Part shown: positions 39,615 through 50,521 of the stretch, in pieces
How positions within the stretch are numbered: position 1 is the stretch's first letter
Layout: every line of letters starts with the position of its first letter
Assembly (NCBI GenBank): GCA_003971905.1
Contig: RSEE01000079.1
Coordinates: forward strand, 124,001 to 188,000
Source: Moniliella sp. 'wahieum'
Taxonomy: Eukaryota
Direction of reading: 5' to 3'
Length of the DNA stretch: 64,000 nt
Made by a program: the position numbers and the translations under genes
The notes under the pieces: model-generated
What the model was told of the DNA's origin: nothing
Databases searched by the model: none
What the model saw: the letters and a program-made list of their open reading frames with translations, nothing else

Positions 39615-40998
39615 GCCTTCGACAGGCTCCAACCGTACCCTGCTCCGAAGGGAGCGAGGCAATTTCCTTTCACCCGTCCGTTCCAGCGCTTCAGAGCCAG
39701 TTGCGGTGCTCTGCCTTGCCTCGCAGTACAGACGCTGCAGGCCCAAAACAGCACTGGTCGTGTCCTGGTTTCCAAGTGCATCGAGCAATTCGGTCGTATG
39801 CTCGTTCCGACCTCCAGGGCGAATGTGGCCCCGAGGACGGGAGACGCGACATGGAACTTGCCCGACGAAGGTGAGCTGCCTCGGCCACAATAGCAAAGGC
39901 GGGCCTACCCGCCCGACGGGGACTCGAGGGACGGTGGTGCGATTGGCTGCGCGGACCAGAGGTTGGGTGCACATGCGGGCTGGGTGCAGCGCTGCTGATG
40001 GGCGCCGAGACTGGGCTTACCTTGGTCGATACCCCTGGTGCAGAAGCTGGGGCGGAGTGGGGGGTGTGCGCAATCCGTTCAAGCTGGGATCAGAGGAGCC
40101 TAGCGCCGTGATCAGTGCCTGCAACCCATTCTGCGCCGCAGTGGGTGGGGCAGCCGCGTCGCCTGGAGGAGACAACGAGGCACCGAATTGGTTCCCATAC
40201 GCGCGCCAACATTTGGGTACGACGGGTATTGACCAAGAGCTACAGCAGCAACAGCAGCAGCAGCAGCCTGGGCGTGGGCTTGAGCTTGGGCCTGGGCGTG
40301 GATTTGCGCAGCTTGACTACGAGCATGGACGGCCAGCTGAGCATGAGCGGCAGCGGATGGGGGATTGCTGCTGGCTGGAAGGCCGGACGGAGAGAAGGAC
40401 ATAGGAAGGGTAGCTGGGGCCTGTGCAGGTGCCGGTGCCTGAGGGCTTTCCCACTCATTACGAGACCGTTTGGGTAGAGTGGGGTCGTCTTCGTCGTCAC
40501 TCTCGTCCGAGTCGTCGTTGTCGTCGTCGTGTGTGTGGCCAGAGGGATCGAGAGATGTGGTTGCACACGTTTCGAGCGGCCTTGAGGGCTTTGCGGTGGG
40601 CACGGCGACGCTCTCCTTCCTCGAGCTTGCGGAGACGGGTCAGGCGCTGCTCAGACGTCTCGTAGTCGCGCTCGTCGCCAAATTTACACCGCTCGAGTGG
40701 AAGCTTGCGCTTGACACAGGCCGAGCATCCTGGGATGTGCCGGTCGCACCTGGTGGGAGGAGGTCAGTGGATCGGGAAGGAGGGGGGGGACAAGGTTAGG
40801 GCAGGGCGACGCACTTGAGCTTGCGTTGGCGGCACTCGGTGCAGGAGATGGGCTGGCGTTGCTTGCGCGGGCGCTTGGGATGGGAAGAACGGGGTGGCGG
40901 GGCGTGGAGGGGCGCCGGGAGGAGAGTGTCGGGCATGGTGGGGGGACGGAGGACAGAGGCGGTGGGGCCGCTGCCGACGGCGGCGTGCGGGCACTCAT
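35500..40998 (-). CDS. Zn(II)2Cys6 fungal transcription factor with a Fungal_trans-like middle region
   Basis: RKQRQPISCTECRQRKLK|CDRHIPGCSACVKRKLPLEC across intron 40750-40814. Downstream helical region (LINMYLEEL.., LAYVLFAL, PSLEGVQA, IGRAVWSALAMADW). The 3' end is approximate. Confidence 0.88.
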
Positions 40999-41394
40999 GG
41001 ACAGCAGGGGCAGGCAGAGGGGGAGCGCCAGCGCAGCCGTCGTGGACGCGGAGGATGGGGACGAGTAGGGAGGATGCGGGGAGGGGGTGGGGGATGGAGG
41101 GATGGAAGGACAGAGAGGAGGAGGAGGACGAGTAGATGCAGAGGGAGAGGAGCGTGAGACGCGTGCGGTGCAGTGCGAGGCGAGGCATGCGAGGAGAGAT
41201 AGGTGGCTCTGCGCTCGAAAAAAGCCAAGTCCAACCCTACGTGGGGGCTGGGCGGGGGCAGTGCGCCGTGCCCGGGGGGGCAGCAGCAAGGAGGGAGGCG
41301 GTGAGGGGGCGGGTGCGGCCCACTGCGGATGCTTTCAAATTGCACGCGAGCGGGGGTGCAGTAATTTAATGCAGCCCCGACTGGCATCCCGGGG

Positions 41395-43034
41395 AAGGCA
41401 CAGCGCCAGTGTGACGTCCTCGGCAAGGGTGCGCCGTCAGCCGGCTGCCTGTTGGGGCATGCTTTTCCAATCCACACTGCCGCATCAGCACGTAGTCCCG
41501 CACCAGGCCGCCCCCCTCAGACCTCAGGCTGCGGCCTCACGCGGGACGCGGGACCCCGTGAGCGTGGCTTTGGATGCTAGCGACGGATGAGATCGATGAT
41601 CCATGCCGGCTCCTGGGGCTGGAGCACTCAGCTGCTGCCGCTCGCTGGAGCATGACAGACAGGGGGATCACCAATTAGTGCTCGTGCCTGAGGCAGGGGG
41701 GACAGGCACAGAAGGGCAGATGAGAGACAAGGAACCTTAGGTCGATGATCGATGACCGATGATGTGATCATTCGGTGGTCGATGACAGTGTCACGCGCGA
41801 CGCGTGATAGCGATCGATGACGCTGGGTGACATGCATGTGACATGTCACATGTCACATGTCACTAGCCACTGTGTTACAAAACCTTAATACCTAGAACGA
41901 TAGAGGGACTCCCAGATCCCGTTCCACCTTTCTCCTTCGCCATCCCGTCCGCCTTCAAGAATTTCAAGCGCCATACTTCTCTTCTCGAGGATTGAGACCG
42001 CCCTCGTCCAACCTCCATTGCGACGCTCTCTTGGCAAGCAGGCCCTTGTTGACGAAGTAAGCACGAACACCATGACACGGATGCGTGGCCACTCTCTCAC
42101 GGTGTCAGAGTATGTCAGTGGTCATCCAGTGCTCTCAGACCATCATATTCCGTACCACTCCTATATGGCCCGCCTATACTCCCAGCCTGGGTGGGGGTTG
42201 AGGCTCTGAGAGGCCTGAGATATATGCATTGAACATTGACGATCGCCTATAGTCCTGGGCAAATGCCACGTCAGCAAGTCGCAGGATGACGGTGTGTGTA
42301 ACGGTGTGGCCTCCCGGGCGATGACACCTCGCCCGACGGGGGCACAAAGGGGAGCCTGCCTCTGGCTCGTCAGGCAAGGGGACCAGTGTAGGCCCGAGCA
42401 CGAGCTTCGTACCCAAGAGGCGTCCTCCCTCCGCCTTCCTAGCGATAGGTTCCTAAGCTGAGTCTGGAGAAGGCGGCGCGGAGGGTGGACGTAGGACAAG
42501 ACGATTGGTCGCTTGCCTCCATGCATTCTTAGTACAGAGCGGGTCTTATATAGGCAGGCAAAGGCCCGCAAGTCGTACAATAGGCAAGCGGCTGACTGTG
42601 GTCTGTTGGAGACCACGCGGCTGATGGCTCCCGCCGATCTGCACGCGCGGAACATCGGCGATCGAACTGATTAGAAGCCAAGAGTGAACGATAAGCAGCG
42701 GCGGCGCCAACGGAAATATTTCCGGTGGCTGTGCTGCGCATCGCCCCGTGACAGTGTGGGAAGAGACACAGAGTTGACGAAAAGTGGTTAAGCACGTAGC
42801 GCTGCCGCCAAGTCCCAGCCAAGTTGTTGTGCTGGACCCCATCGTAGGTCAAGCCAGTGGCTGCATCCGAAATGCTGTTGGGGACGACCGGGCACTTGGC
42901 CTTCACGCAATTGTGCTGGACGTTGACTGTGGGCCAAAGAGGGTGGTGTGGATCCGCGAAGCAGGAACGTACGCAGTGCGTCGGGCCGAGGGCAACGGTC
43001 GCTCCAGTTCCGCATGCGTGGCCTACGCCGTCAC
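41395..43034 (-). mobile_element. Repeat copy 2: transposase-like relic (segments A-x-B) contiguous with segment C
   Basis: ORF 42529-43080 contains VNVQHNCVKAKCPV..GVQHNN..RYVLNHF. End-like cactgtgttacaaaacc starts at 41868. Contains 462 bp that copy 1 lacks. Confidence 0.6.
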
Positions 43035-43196
43035 ATGGGTTCGGCTGTAGCGTTTCCCTGTCCAGCCTAAGCTCTGTCATGATAGTATGGATGCAGTATA
43101 GAGATTCATCATATATTCATCTGAAGAATAATATATCGCGGGTCCTTTTTTCCACGTTGTGCACACACCACAATGGTATAGGTGTGTTGAAGAGAG

Positions 43197-44942
43197 CTAG
43201 CATGTTGTCGGGGAGGAAAAGAGGCTGAGCCGCACTGGCCTTCGAAAAATTCGGAGCGGACCTTGAAATCGGGAGCGGGCCCAGAAAGTCCACACCCCCA
43301 ACCCCAAGACGGCGACCACTCCAATTACGGCGCAAACAAAATTCTCCGTCGCCGATTTGAGAGGATAGACGGATGGAAAGCAAAACAAGACCGAGGTCAG
43401 GAGCAGATAGCAAAGGCAGACACGTTGACGGCTGGTCCCAACGCCCCAGAGACCAGCGGCGCTCAACGCCTCGCTCATTCAACATTATTCCCCCAGAAGA
43501 GCATGGCAAAACGCAAGGCATGTAGGACATCTGAAGAAGAACGACCGAGGCACTTTGGATCGCGGGAAGGATTGTTGATTAGGCAAAAGATGAGACAGCC
43601 AAAGACCAACATAGCCAAAACAGGTTGAAAAGAGTGGCCCAGACCGGCCCCTCATACACTCGACTCCGTCTTTCCCAAAACCGAGGGAAATTGCGATCGT
43701 TCGCAAACGCTTGGATCATCCTGCTCGTAGTGATCATCAACGCTGGCAAAGTGAAGAAGAGCGTTCCAAATGCCACGACGCCCAAAAATATCGTCCCACC
43801 CAGTGCGAAGGGATGGTAACACACAATGAGAAACCCTCCTCCCTGCGCCTCCACCACGCTGGTGGGGTCGGTGATCGCCCCTAATACTGCGATCAACAGG
43901 ATGAAGATGTTAACCCCCCAATGACACATGAAGACACCATGGCCAATGGCGCGTACATAGAGGGCCGAGGGATCTCAGTAACCAAATGGGCGGCCCCATC
44001 TAGAAGCAGAAAGGGAAAGAGTGTGTCAGTGCCTAAGTTTTGGCATGCATGAGAGGAGATCAACGCACCAGCTCCGACTAAGGAGTATTGTGCTTGCATC
44101 AGCCCCATGATCCAAGCTAACCCATCTGGCCAGCCCGTTTCGTTCAGAAATGTGGCAAAAATCCACTCGCCATTGCGCAAGCGCGAGTTGGAGCAGGCGA
44201 GAAGAGTGACAAAGATGACGAGAAGCCAAGGATGCTCCAGCAAAGCGATACCTTATTGAAGGTGTTGAGAATGCGGACACCAAAGATAGTAAAAAAGTAG
44301 ACCAAAGGATGAGAAATACGTAGACGACAAAGATGGCCAGTGAGTGGGCACCCAATCTGGATGATATAGAGTCACCGCAGACGCCACAAATGCCCTGCCA
44401 CACGTGGCGCGCTAGAACTAAGAGCAATCCATCCGCACAATGTGGTCCAACCCACCATTGAGGTCAGAAAACGCGTCCAGAGCGTGTTGCGGTGCAATGC
44501 AAATGTCCAACTGTAATGGGCACCTTGGGTGGGCCAAACGGACCTTGCATCGAAAATGGTACAGTATGTCAGCGCCCCTCATTGGCTGTAGTGATGGGGT
44601 GAACTTGACAAGGCATAAGAGAATATGCGTACAGAGTTCAGAGAGGGATGCAGCGTTGGCTGTTGCGCACTGTCGCAGCTAAAGTGCCCCACAATACGCC
44701 AAACGGGTCCTCCAGAGTTAAGGCCAATGTAGATCGAACCAGCGTTGGCGCTCCAAGAATTGAGGATGGCATAGGCGATCCCAAGCAAACCCAACATGGA
44801 GAAATGTTGGTAATTGCCTTCCGCGGCCACATCAGCAGCCGCACCCAGGTCGATAGGAATGAGCTCGATTGCTGGTTTTGTATCCCTTGCCAGTGTTCTT
44901 ACGTCCTCAACAGAGGGCCCCAGCTTTGATGGCTACCGCCAT
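43197..44942 (-). CDS. APC-superfamily permease, choline/GABA transporter (Hnm1/Uga4-like)
   Basis: FSMLGLLGIAYAILNSW..GLNSGGPV, NETGWPDGLAWIMGL, DGAAHLVTEIPRP..APLAM, TSRMIQAFA.DRNFP, WARSRFQGP. Many indels and at least one intron. Confidence 0.88.
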
Positions 44943-47900
44943 CGAGTGACTTCGTTTCGACTTGCGCCTTCTCACGTCCAGAGGGTGGCTCATGATTGTT
45001 GGAGTGGCGATTCGAGGAGAGAGAGGATAGCGGTCATGTGAGAGCAGGGCCAACTCTTTTTATACGATGTGCAACTCGCGCATTCTCCGCCCCTGTCGAT
45101 TCAGCTTTCAGCCCTACTCGCACTAAAACCCCCCAGTCGCGAGCGTGTTGGGCTTATCAATTACCACACCTTCCAAAGGAGTACGTTGTAATAGGTACAG
45201 GAACACGGGTACAGCTGCTCAGTACTCAGTGGCGCGTCTTTTCAAGCTTTAGCCGAAGGCTTGATGAGGCTGAGCCTCAGTGCTAACTAATGAAGCAAGT
45301 GAAGCAAATGACATGTGAGTTGACCCGGCGACACTATAGCGGCACAGCCAGGTGAAGCTGAAGTGTGGCGCTTGGCAGCTCCGGAGATACAGGTATTGAT
45401 CCGAAAAAACAAATAAGTTGAAAATTGACACTGCGAGCGCCGCTGCCGCGCTATCATCACACATACAGGCATCACCGTCATGCGTCACGAGTACCCCAGT
45501 ACCTAGTAAGTAGTAGCCTCGTGACGCGAGTGACGCGTGACCTGTGACCATGATCATCGAGAACAACCGAATAAATATAATAAACAATCTCTTATCTACC
45601 ATGGGACAAGAAACGCCGCGTGCCAGGTTTCGCTCAGCGCTCACTGATTATCCGGCGTTTCGGCTGGACGTCGGGTACTAGGTACTGCTGCTACCTTATA
45701 TATAACTCGTAGTGTTTTTTTCACCGTGTCGTAACGTGTGGCTGTGGAGGACGAGAGAAATGAGGGGAAGGTGGGGTTTTTGTATGTTCAAAGGAGAAAA
45801 GATTCCCAACAAAGAAAGGGTAGGGAGGGGAGAGTCGGAGACAAGAAGGAATGACGACGAAATGCTAGCGCTAATGCCGCGACTGAGGTATTTTGCAACC
45901 ACGCCAACAGTGGTATATGTATAAACAACATCCGCGTTTAACGAACCCTCTGTGACGTGTCCGAGCGCTCAGCAGGCTGAGCGCTGCAAATTCAAAGGGA
46001 GCCGTGTGACAGCTGTGCTCTTTTCGTGATGCATTAAATGAGCGAGGAGACACGGCGTAGGGGGAGATGTCAGCGCATCATGCATGCAGCTGATCACGCA
46101 TCACGCATCGCGCTGTTCTACCCGACTCTCCCCTATGTTCTGCCCTAACGGGCTCCTCTTTTGGAATAGATCCATCACCTCCCTCTCTCTTCTCTCTCCG
46201 TAGGCCTTTGTCCTCGTTTAACAGGAGATAGGGGAGAGAGACCGATGTATAGAGCTGTGTTCGAGCATCATGTCAAAATGCACGAGGAAGTGATATTTGG
46301 AATAGCCTGTTTGTAATTTTTTTCGTCACTCTCTGTTTGACCTCGGAGATCTCAACGTCGCTCAACTACAGATCTCATCGTCCCTCAAGTACAAAGTTGA
46401 GCGGCTGAGGACTGTGGTATCAATGTGACATCTGGTCTGGAAGGGAAAATCACAACCGGAGGGAAAAGTCGGAGTGTTTTGGTGTGTGAGTAAGTTTTTT
46501 CACAGCTTCTCTCAGATCTCAGTGTTCAACGCCCCTCCATATATACAGGCCCAACAGCGTCAACACCTCTCTTCCGTCAGTTCAACAACTGCTTATAAGG
46601 GGATGGCATCAATCAATACAACCTTTGGCCATCAAACGTTCAATAAGAGGCCACCGTCGTCGCGCGGAGTTATAGCCCGCTTGGTTCCCATCGTCAATGA
46701 ATCCGCAGTAGAGAGCAAAGTCACTCCTCTTAGTTGCCTGCTTGGTACTTTCCGTCCTTTGGCTCTCACAGCTTTCCACCTCTCAGCTGTCGCTTAGTGT
46801 TTCGGCATTCCTGAATTCAACCTATCGAGCTTTCAGCCCCACAGACTTCAGTCTCCCCCGGCTTCGATATATCGGTTCCCGCTTCAGACCAAATTCGGGT
46901 AGTTTATATTCATCACGGACCCCCTTTTAAAGTCTGGTATTTCACCAGTCATATCCCTGTTGTGAGTGCACACATAAGTGTACGATGTGGAAGGGCTAGT
47001 GTCATGCATATCCCGCTGGCTTCGGGGAGAGAGCAGTGCTACCAGGTAACCATGTGACCAGCAGTCATATACATAGTCCTCGATTAAGAGAATGCATTCG
47101 GTGGCGTCTTCAGTGAGACCAGAGGGGAAGCTTTGAAGATAGGGAGATAGGGGAGCACCTTAACACCACGATGTAATTCCTGGCACCTATTAGGTCCATG
47201 GTTGCAGCTCCTTCCACAACAATCTTGACAACCTTGGAATCATTTGCGGCACTGCTCTCGCCGTACTTCCTTGCTAACTTAGGGTCACAAGCTTTGAATC
47301 TCGTCGATATCGCTCGTTATCAAGGAGATTTCCAAATGGAAAAGGTCCGGGGCGGTGCCGTGACCCGACTTTTACGTGACCTCAGAGGAATAGTGCCTTG
47401 GATCTCTTACGAGGCGCTCCGTTTATCTCCGGATGCTGAGCCCCGCATGTCGTAGACATCTCACAGCCCAACACACGTCAGTCCTGTTAGACTAGCGAGA
47501 GAGAGCCAGTCGACACCTTATCCATGCTGCGGATATGATCCGCGGCCCGCCATGGTCGCATGGGCTCATGAGCGGTACGATGCTTTGCCCATTATTGCGT
47601 CCAGTCTTGGAAGAAACCTTCCTGCTGTGCTCGGCTATGCAGCGTTAGCGCCTTTGAGAGCATGGCTGTGCATTAGTCTTTACCTCCCTGGAAAGTGCCC
47701 CGCATTGTGTCTATACCTGTCATGGGGCACTTGAGGCCTGGTTTCTTCTGTTGTATATACAAGCCATGTCTAAGGTTTGTTGCTAGCTCTGGTCCTTGTC
47801 GATCATCCTGTCTTTGGTCTCCCGACTACCCATTCCTCCCTTGCCCTTCCACATCCTACCACCCTTACGCTTACGAATTTACGACTTACGTCGAGTTCGC

Positions 47901-48907
47901 TGTAAGCCGCGGTTACTCTCATCAGTACTCAGTAGCACTTGCTCTTCATCTTTAGGACTCTGTCTGTCCCCGCCTAATACTACACCGGAGTAACTTCGGA
48001 GCTCCTGGACCCCTTCAACTGGTCTACGACCTACGTACGCGGCTCCTACCTCCGAGAGTCTGAGCTGCGGCCTTTGCACGCAGGCAGCCGCAAACTACTA
48101 TAGAGGGTCTCTCCATCGCCTCTTGGATCTTGACCCGCTCGGTTCCACCAGGATCTGAAGCAGGACCTAATGTACGAGACACCGATTGGCCTGTCCAAAT
48201 TTAACGTTTATACCCCTAAACTACAGGGGAGGTCCCTCCACCTCGGGACCCCCCTCCCCATGACAGGTTCCCCCCGTAGAGACGAGATTTCTGGTACATC
48301 GTTCTATTGTCCCGCGCGAAGCGCTAATATAGGATTCCCTCTTAGTAAAAATCTCACCGGTCGTCTCCTCTTCGCTATAGTTTGAGCTATAAAAACCAAT
48401 CGGGTTTAGGGATGCTGTTCTACATCCCCGCCCAGCGAAATACATTTCCGTTCCTCTGGGTGTGGATTTGCATCTTAAGTTGTCAATCAATGTATTTTGG
48501 CTCAGAACCATAGCACTACAAGACACGAGAACTCTTGTTGATCCTATGTTGCCATAGGATGTAGCTCTTCTCACCGTGTAGCTTGCCTTACCGAGCTACG
48601 TTCTCATGCATCATGCCAACGATACAGCCAGCACAGGGCACGTGAAATGCCTGTGCCATTGAACTACAGCATCTAGGGGTGTGAAACCATGGACTGAATA
48701 AGGTGGGTGATCATAGCCATGATGCACTTTGGGGGGTGTCCTAGTGAAGGTACAGCCAAGGCTGCACTGCGTTGCTGTGCGGTGGGGCAAAAAAAACGCC
48801 GCGCAATGAAGGAAGAGGAAACTCAAGCTCCTTCCATCTCGCCGCATGAAGCCCAGTGCAATGCCAAGAAGGGTGGGCAAGCAGATGCATCGTTCAAGAG
48901 AAGCCAC

Positions 48908-49313
48908 TTAGAAGCGCAGGGGCGTAAAGAACCAACGGTTCTTGCCAGTCAGGTAACGCTCCTCGAAGAGCTTCTTGACAGCCTTCTTCGAGTCCTTCTT
49001 GCTGGCCGGCTCCTTGAGCGCGTCAGCGGTGACAACACCCTTAAGGCCCTCGAGCTCGAGAGCGTAGCGGGTGGGCATCAAGTGGTTGTAGTTGATGGCC
49101 TTCACAAAGGGCTTACCTTGCTGCGGCGTGACACTTCTTCGCGCCATGGCCTTGGTAACCTTGCGGGGGTAGCGCTCAATCCCAGCAACAAGAACATGGG
49201 GGTAAGGGCGCTCCTTGGTCCCGTCGTCGTGCTGCTTGATCACAACGACCTTCTTACCGGCCTGGCGTCCATGGAGACGAGGGCAACCTTCCCGGGCTTG
49301 TAGATGCGCGCAT
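48908..49313 (-). CDS. RPL27: 60S ribosomal protein L27 (eL27)
   Basis: IYKPGKV, GRQAGKKVVVIK..DDGTKERPY, AGIERYPRKVTKAM, KPFVKAINYNHLMPTRY, GKNRWFFTPLRF*. Probable 5'-UTR intron at about 49319-49789. Confidence 0.97.
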
Positions 49314-49799
49314 TGTTTCTGCACAACCAGAAAGGGTAAGCATTCCGTCCCAATAGCAGTAGAGTGCATGCAGTCCGTCTCCGCTGGATAATGGCCGCAG
49401 GGCGGGGACCGGGGCCGGAATGTACATCAGCCACAGGTCCAACACCCCCAGGGCCGCGTAACAGCGTAGTAGATCTAGCAGGCAACATTCGGGCACTAGA
49501 GGCGTGCACACACCTAGAGCCGTGCGATGGTGTTGGCGTGGATGGTGGTGCAACGTCGACTGACAAACCCTTCCTGAGGCAGTATGGCCGCCGTAGTAGA
49601 CAGTTGCGGAAACCAGGGCGCTGCAACACTCCTCCTGTGCTGACATTGTCTGCATCTCAACCCTAGGAAGCATGAGCGCAGTATACAGCAGGCAAAAATA
49701 AATAATGTGCCGCAGCGCAGAGCAATCACAATAGGTTAAAATTGCCCTCCTTTCGAATCGTAGCTCCTGCCGAGGAAGCGCCTGCTCACCACCGTTCAA

Positions 49800-49870
49800 A
49801 TCTGTAAGTGCTGTTTCTAAGGCCGCACCTAACCCGCCCTACGGCCCAGTCTCATGGCAGTCCTGCTACC
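49800..49870. promoter_or_regulatory. Compact bidirectional promoter between RPL27 and RPS23 with Homol-E-like and Homol-D-like boxes
   Basis: acctaacccgccctac (49827-49842) and cagtctca (49847-49854) resemble S. pombe Homol E (ACCCTACCCT) and Homol D (CAGTCACA). They lie between divergent 5'-UTR intron donors at 49789 (-) and 49921 (+). Confidence 0.45.
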
Positions 49871-50038
49871 TTTCTGTGTGAAGCCTGCCCCCTCGTCTTT
49901 TCGCGCAGGGGGTACCCGGCGTGAGCAACAGGATTGGGAAGGGTTTGCGATACTGCGGCCTTGGCGGCGGTGATTTATGCCTGCGATGGACTGGAGAAGG
50001 AGCGTGTGACTGACCTATGACCTGGTTTGTAGCCCATC

Positions 50039-50521
50039 ATGGGTAAACCTAGTGGCCTCAACGCGGCGCGCAAGCTGCACACGACACGGCGTGAGAACAA
50101 GTGGGCCGACAAGGCTTGGAAGAACGCGCCCTTGGCAACTTCTAAGTCTTCCCCTACTGCTGGTTCGTCCCAGGCCAGGGGATCGTCCTTGAAAAGGTCG
50201 GTGTCGAAGCCAGCAGCCTAACTCGGCTATTCGCACAGTGTGTCCGTGTGAGCTGATCAAGAACGGAAAGAAGGTGGCCGCTTTCGTGCCCCACGACGGT
50301 TGCCTCAACTTTGTTGACGAGAACGACGAAGTGCTCATCGAGGGTTTCGGTCGTAAGGGCAAGGCTAAGGGTGACATTCCCGGTGTCCGTTTCCGTGTCA
50401 TCAAGGTATCGGGTGTTGGTATGTATATGTTTCTGTTTTCTTTTGACCATGTTGGGCTGACCACCTGCTCTCAGGTCTCTATGCGCTCTTCCGCGAGAAG
50501 AAGGAGAAGCCCCGTTCATAA
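50039..50521 (+). CDS. RPS23: 40S ribosomal protein S23 (uS12)
   Basis: [60 protein letters not shown]. Intron 50419-50474, then [14 protein letters not shown]. 5'-UTR intron 49921-50032. Confidence 0.97.

Noticed and set aside
15754..44942. CHO1 plus a choline-type permease as a phospholipid gene cluster
   Set aside because: They are 26 kb apart with unrelated genes in between, and the permease substrate is unproven.
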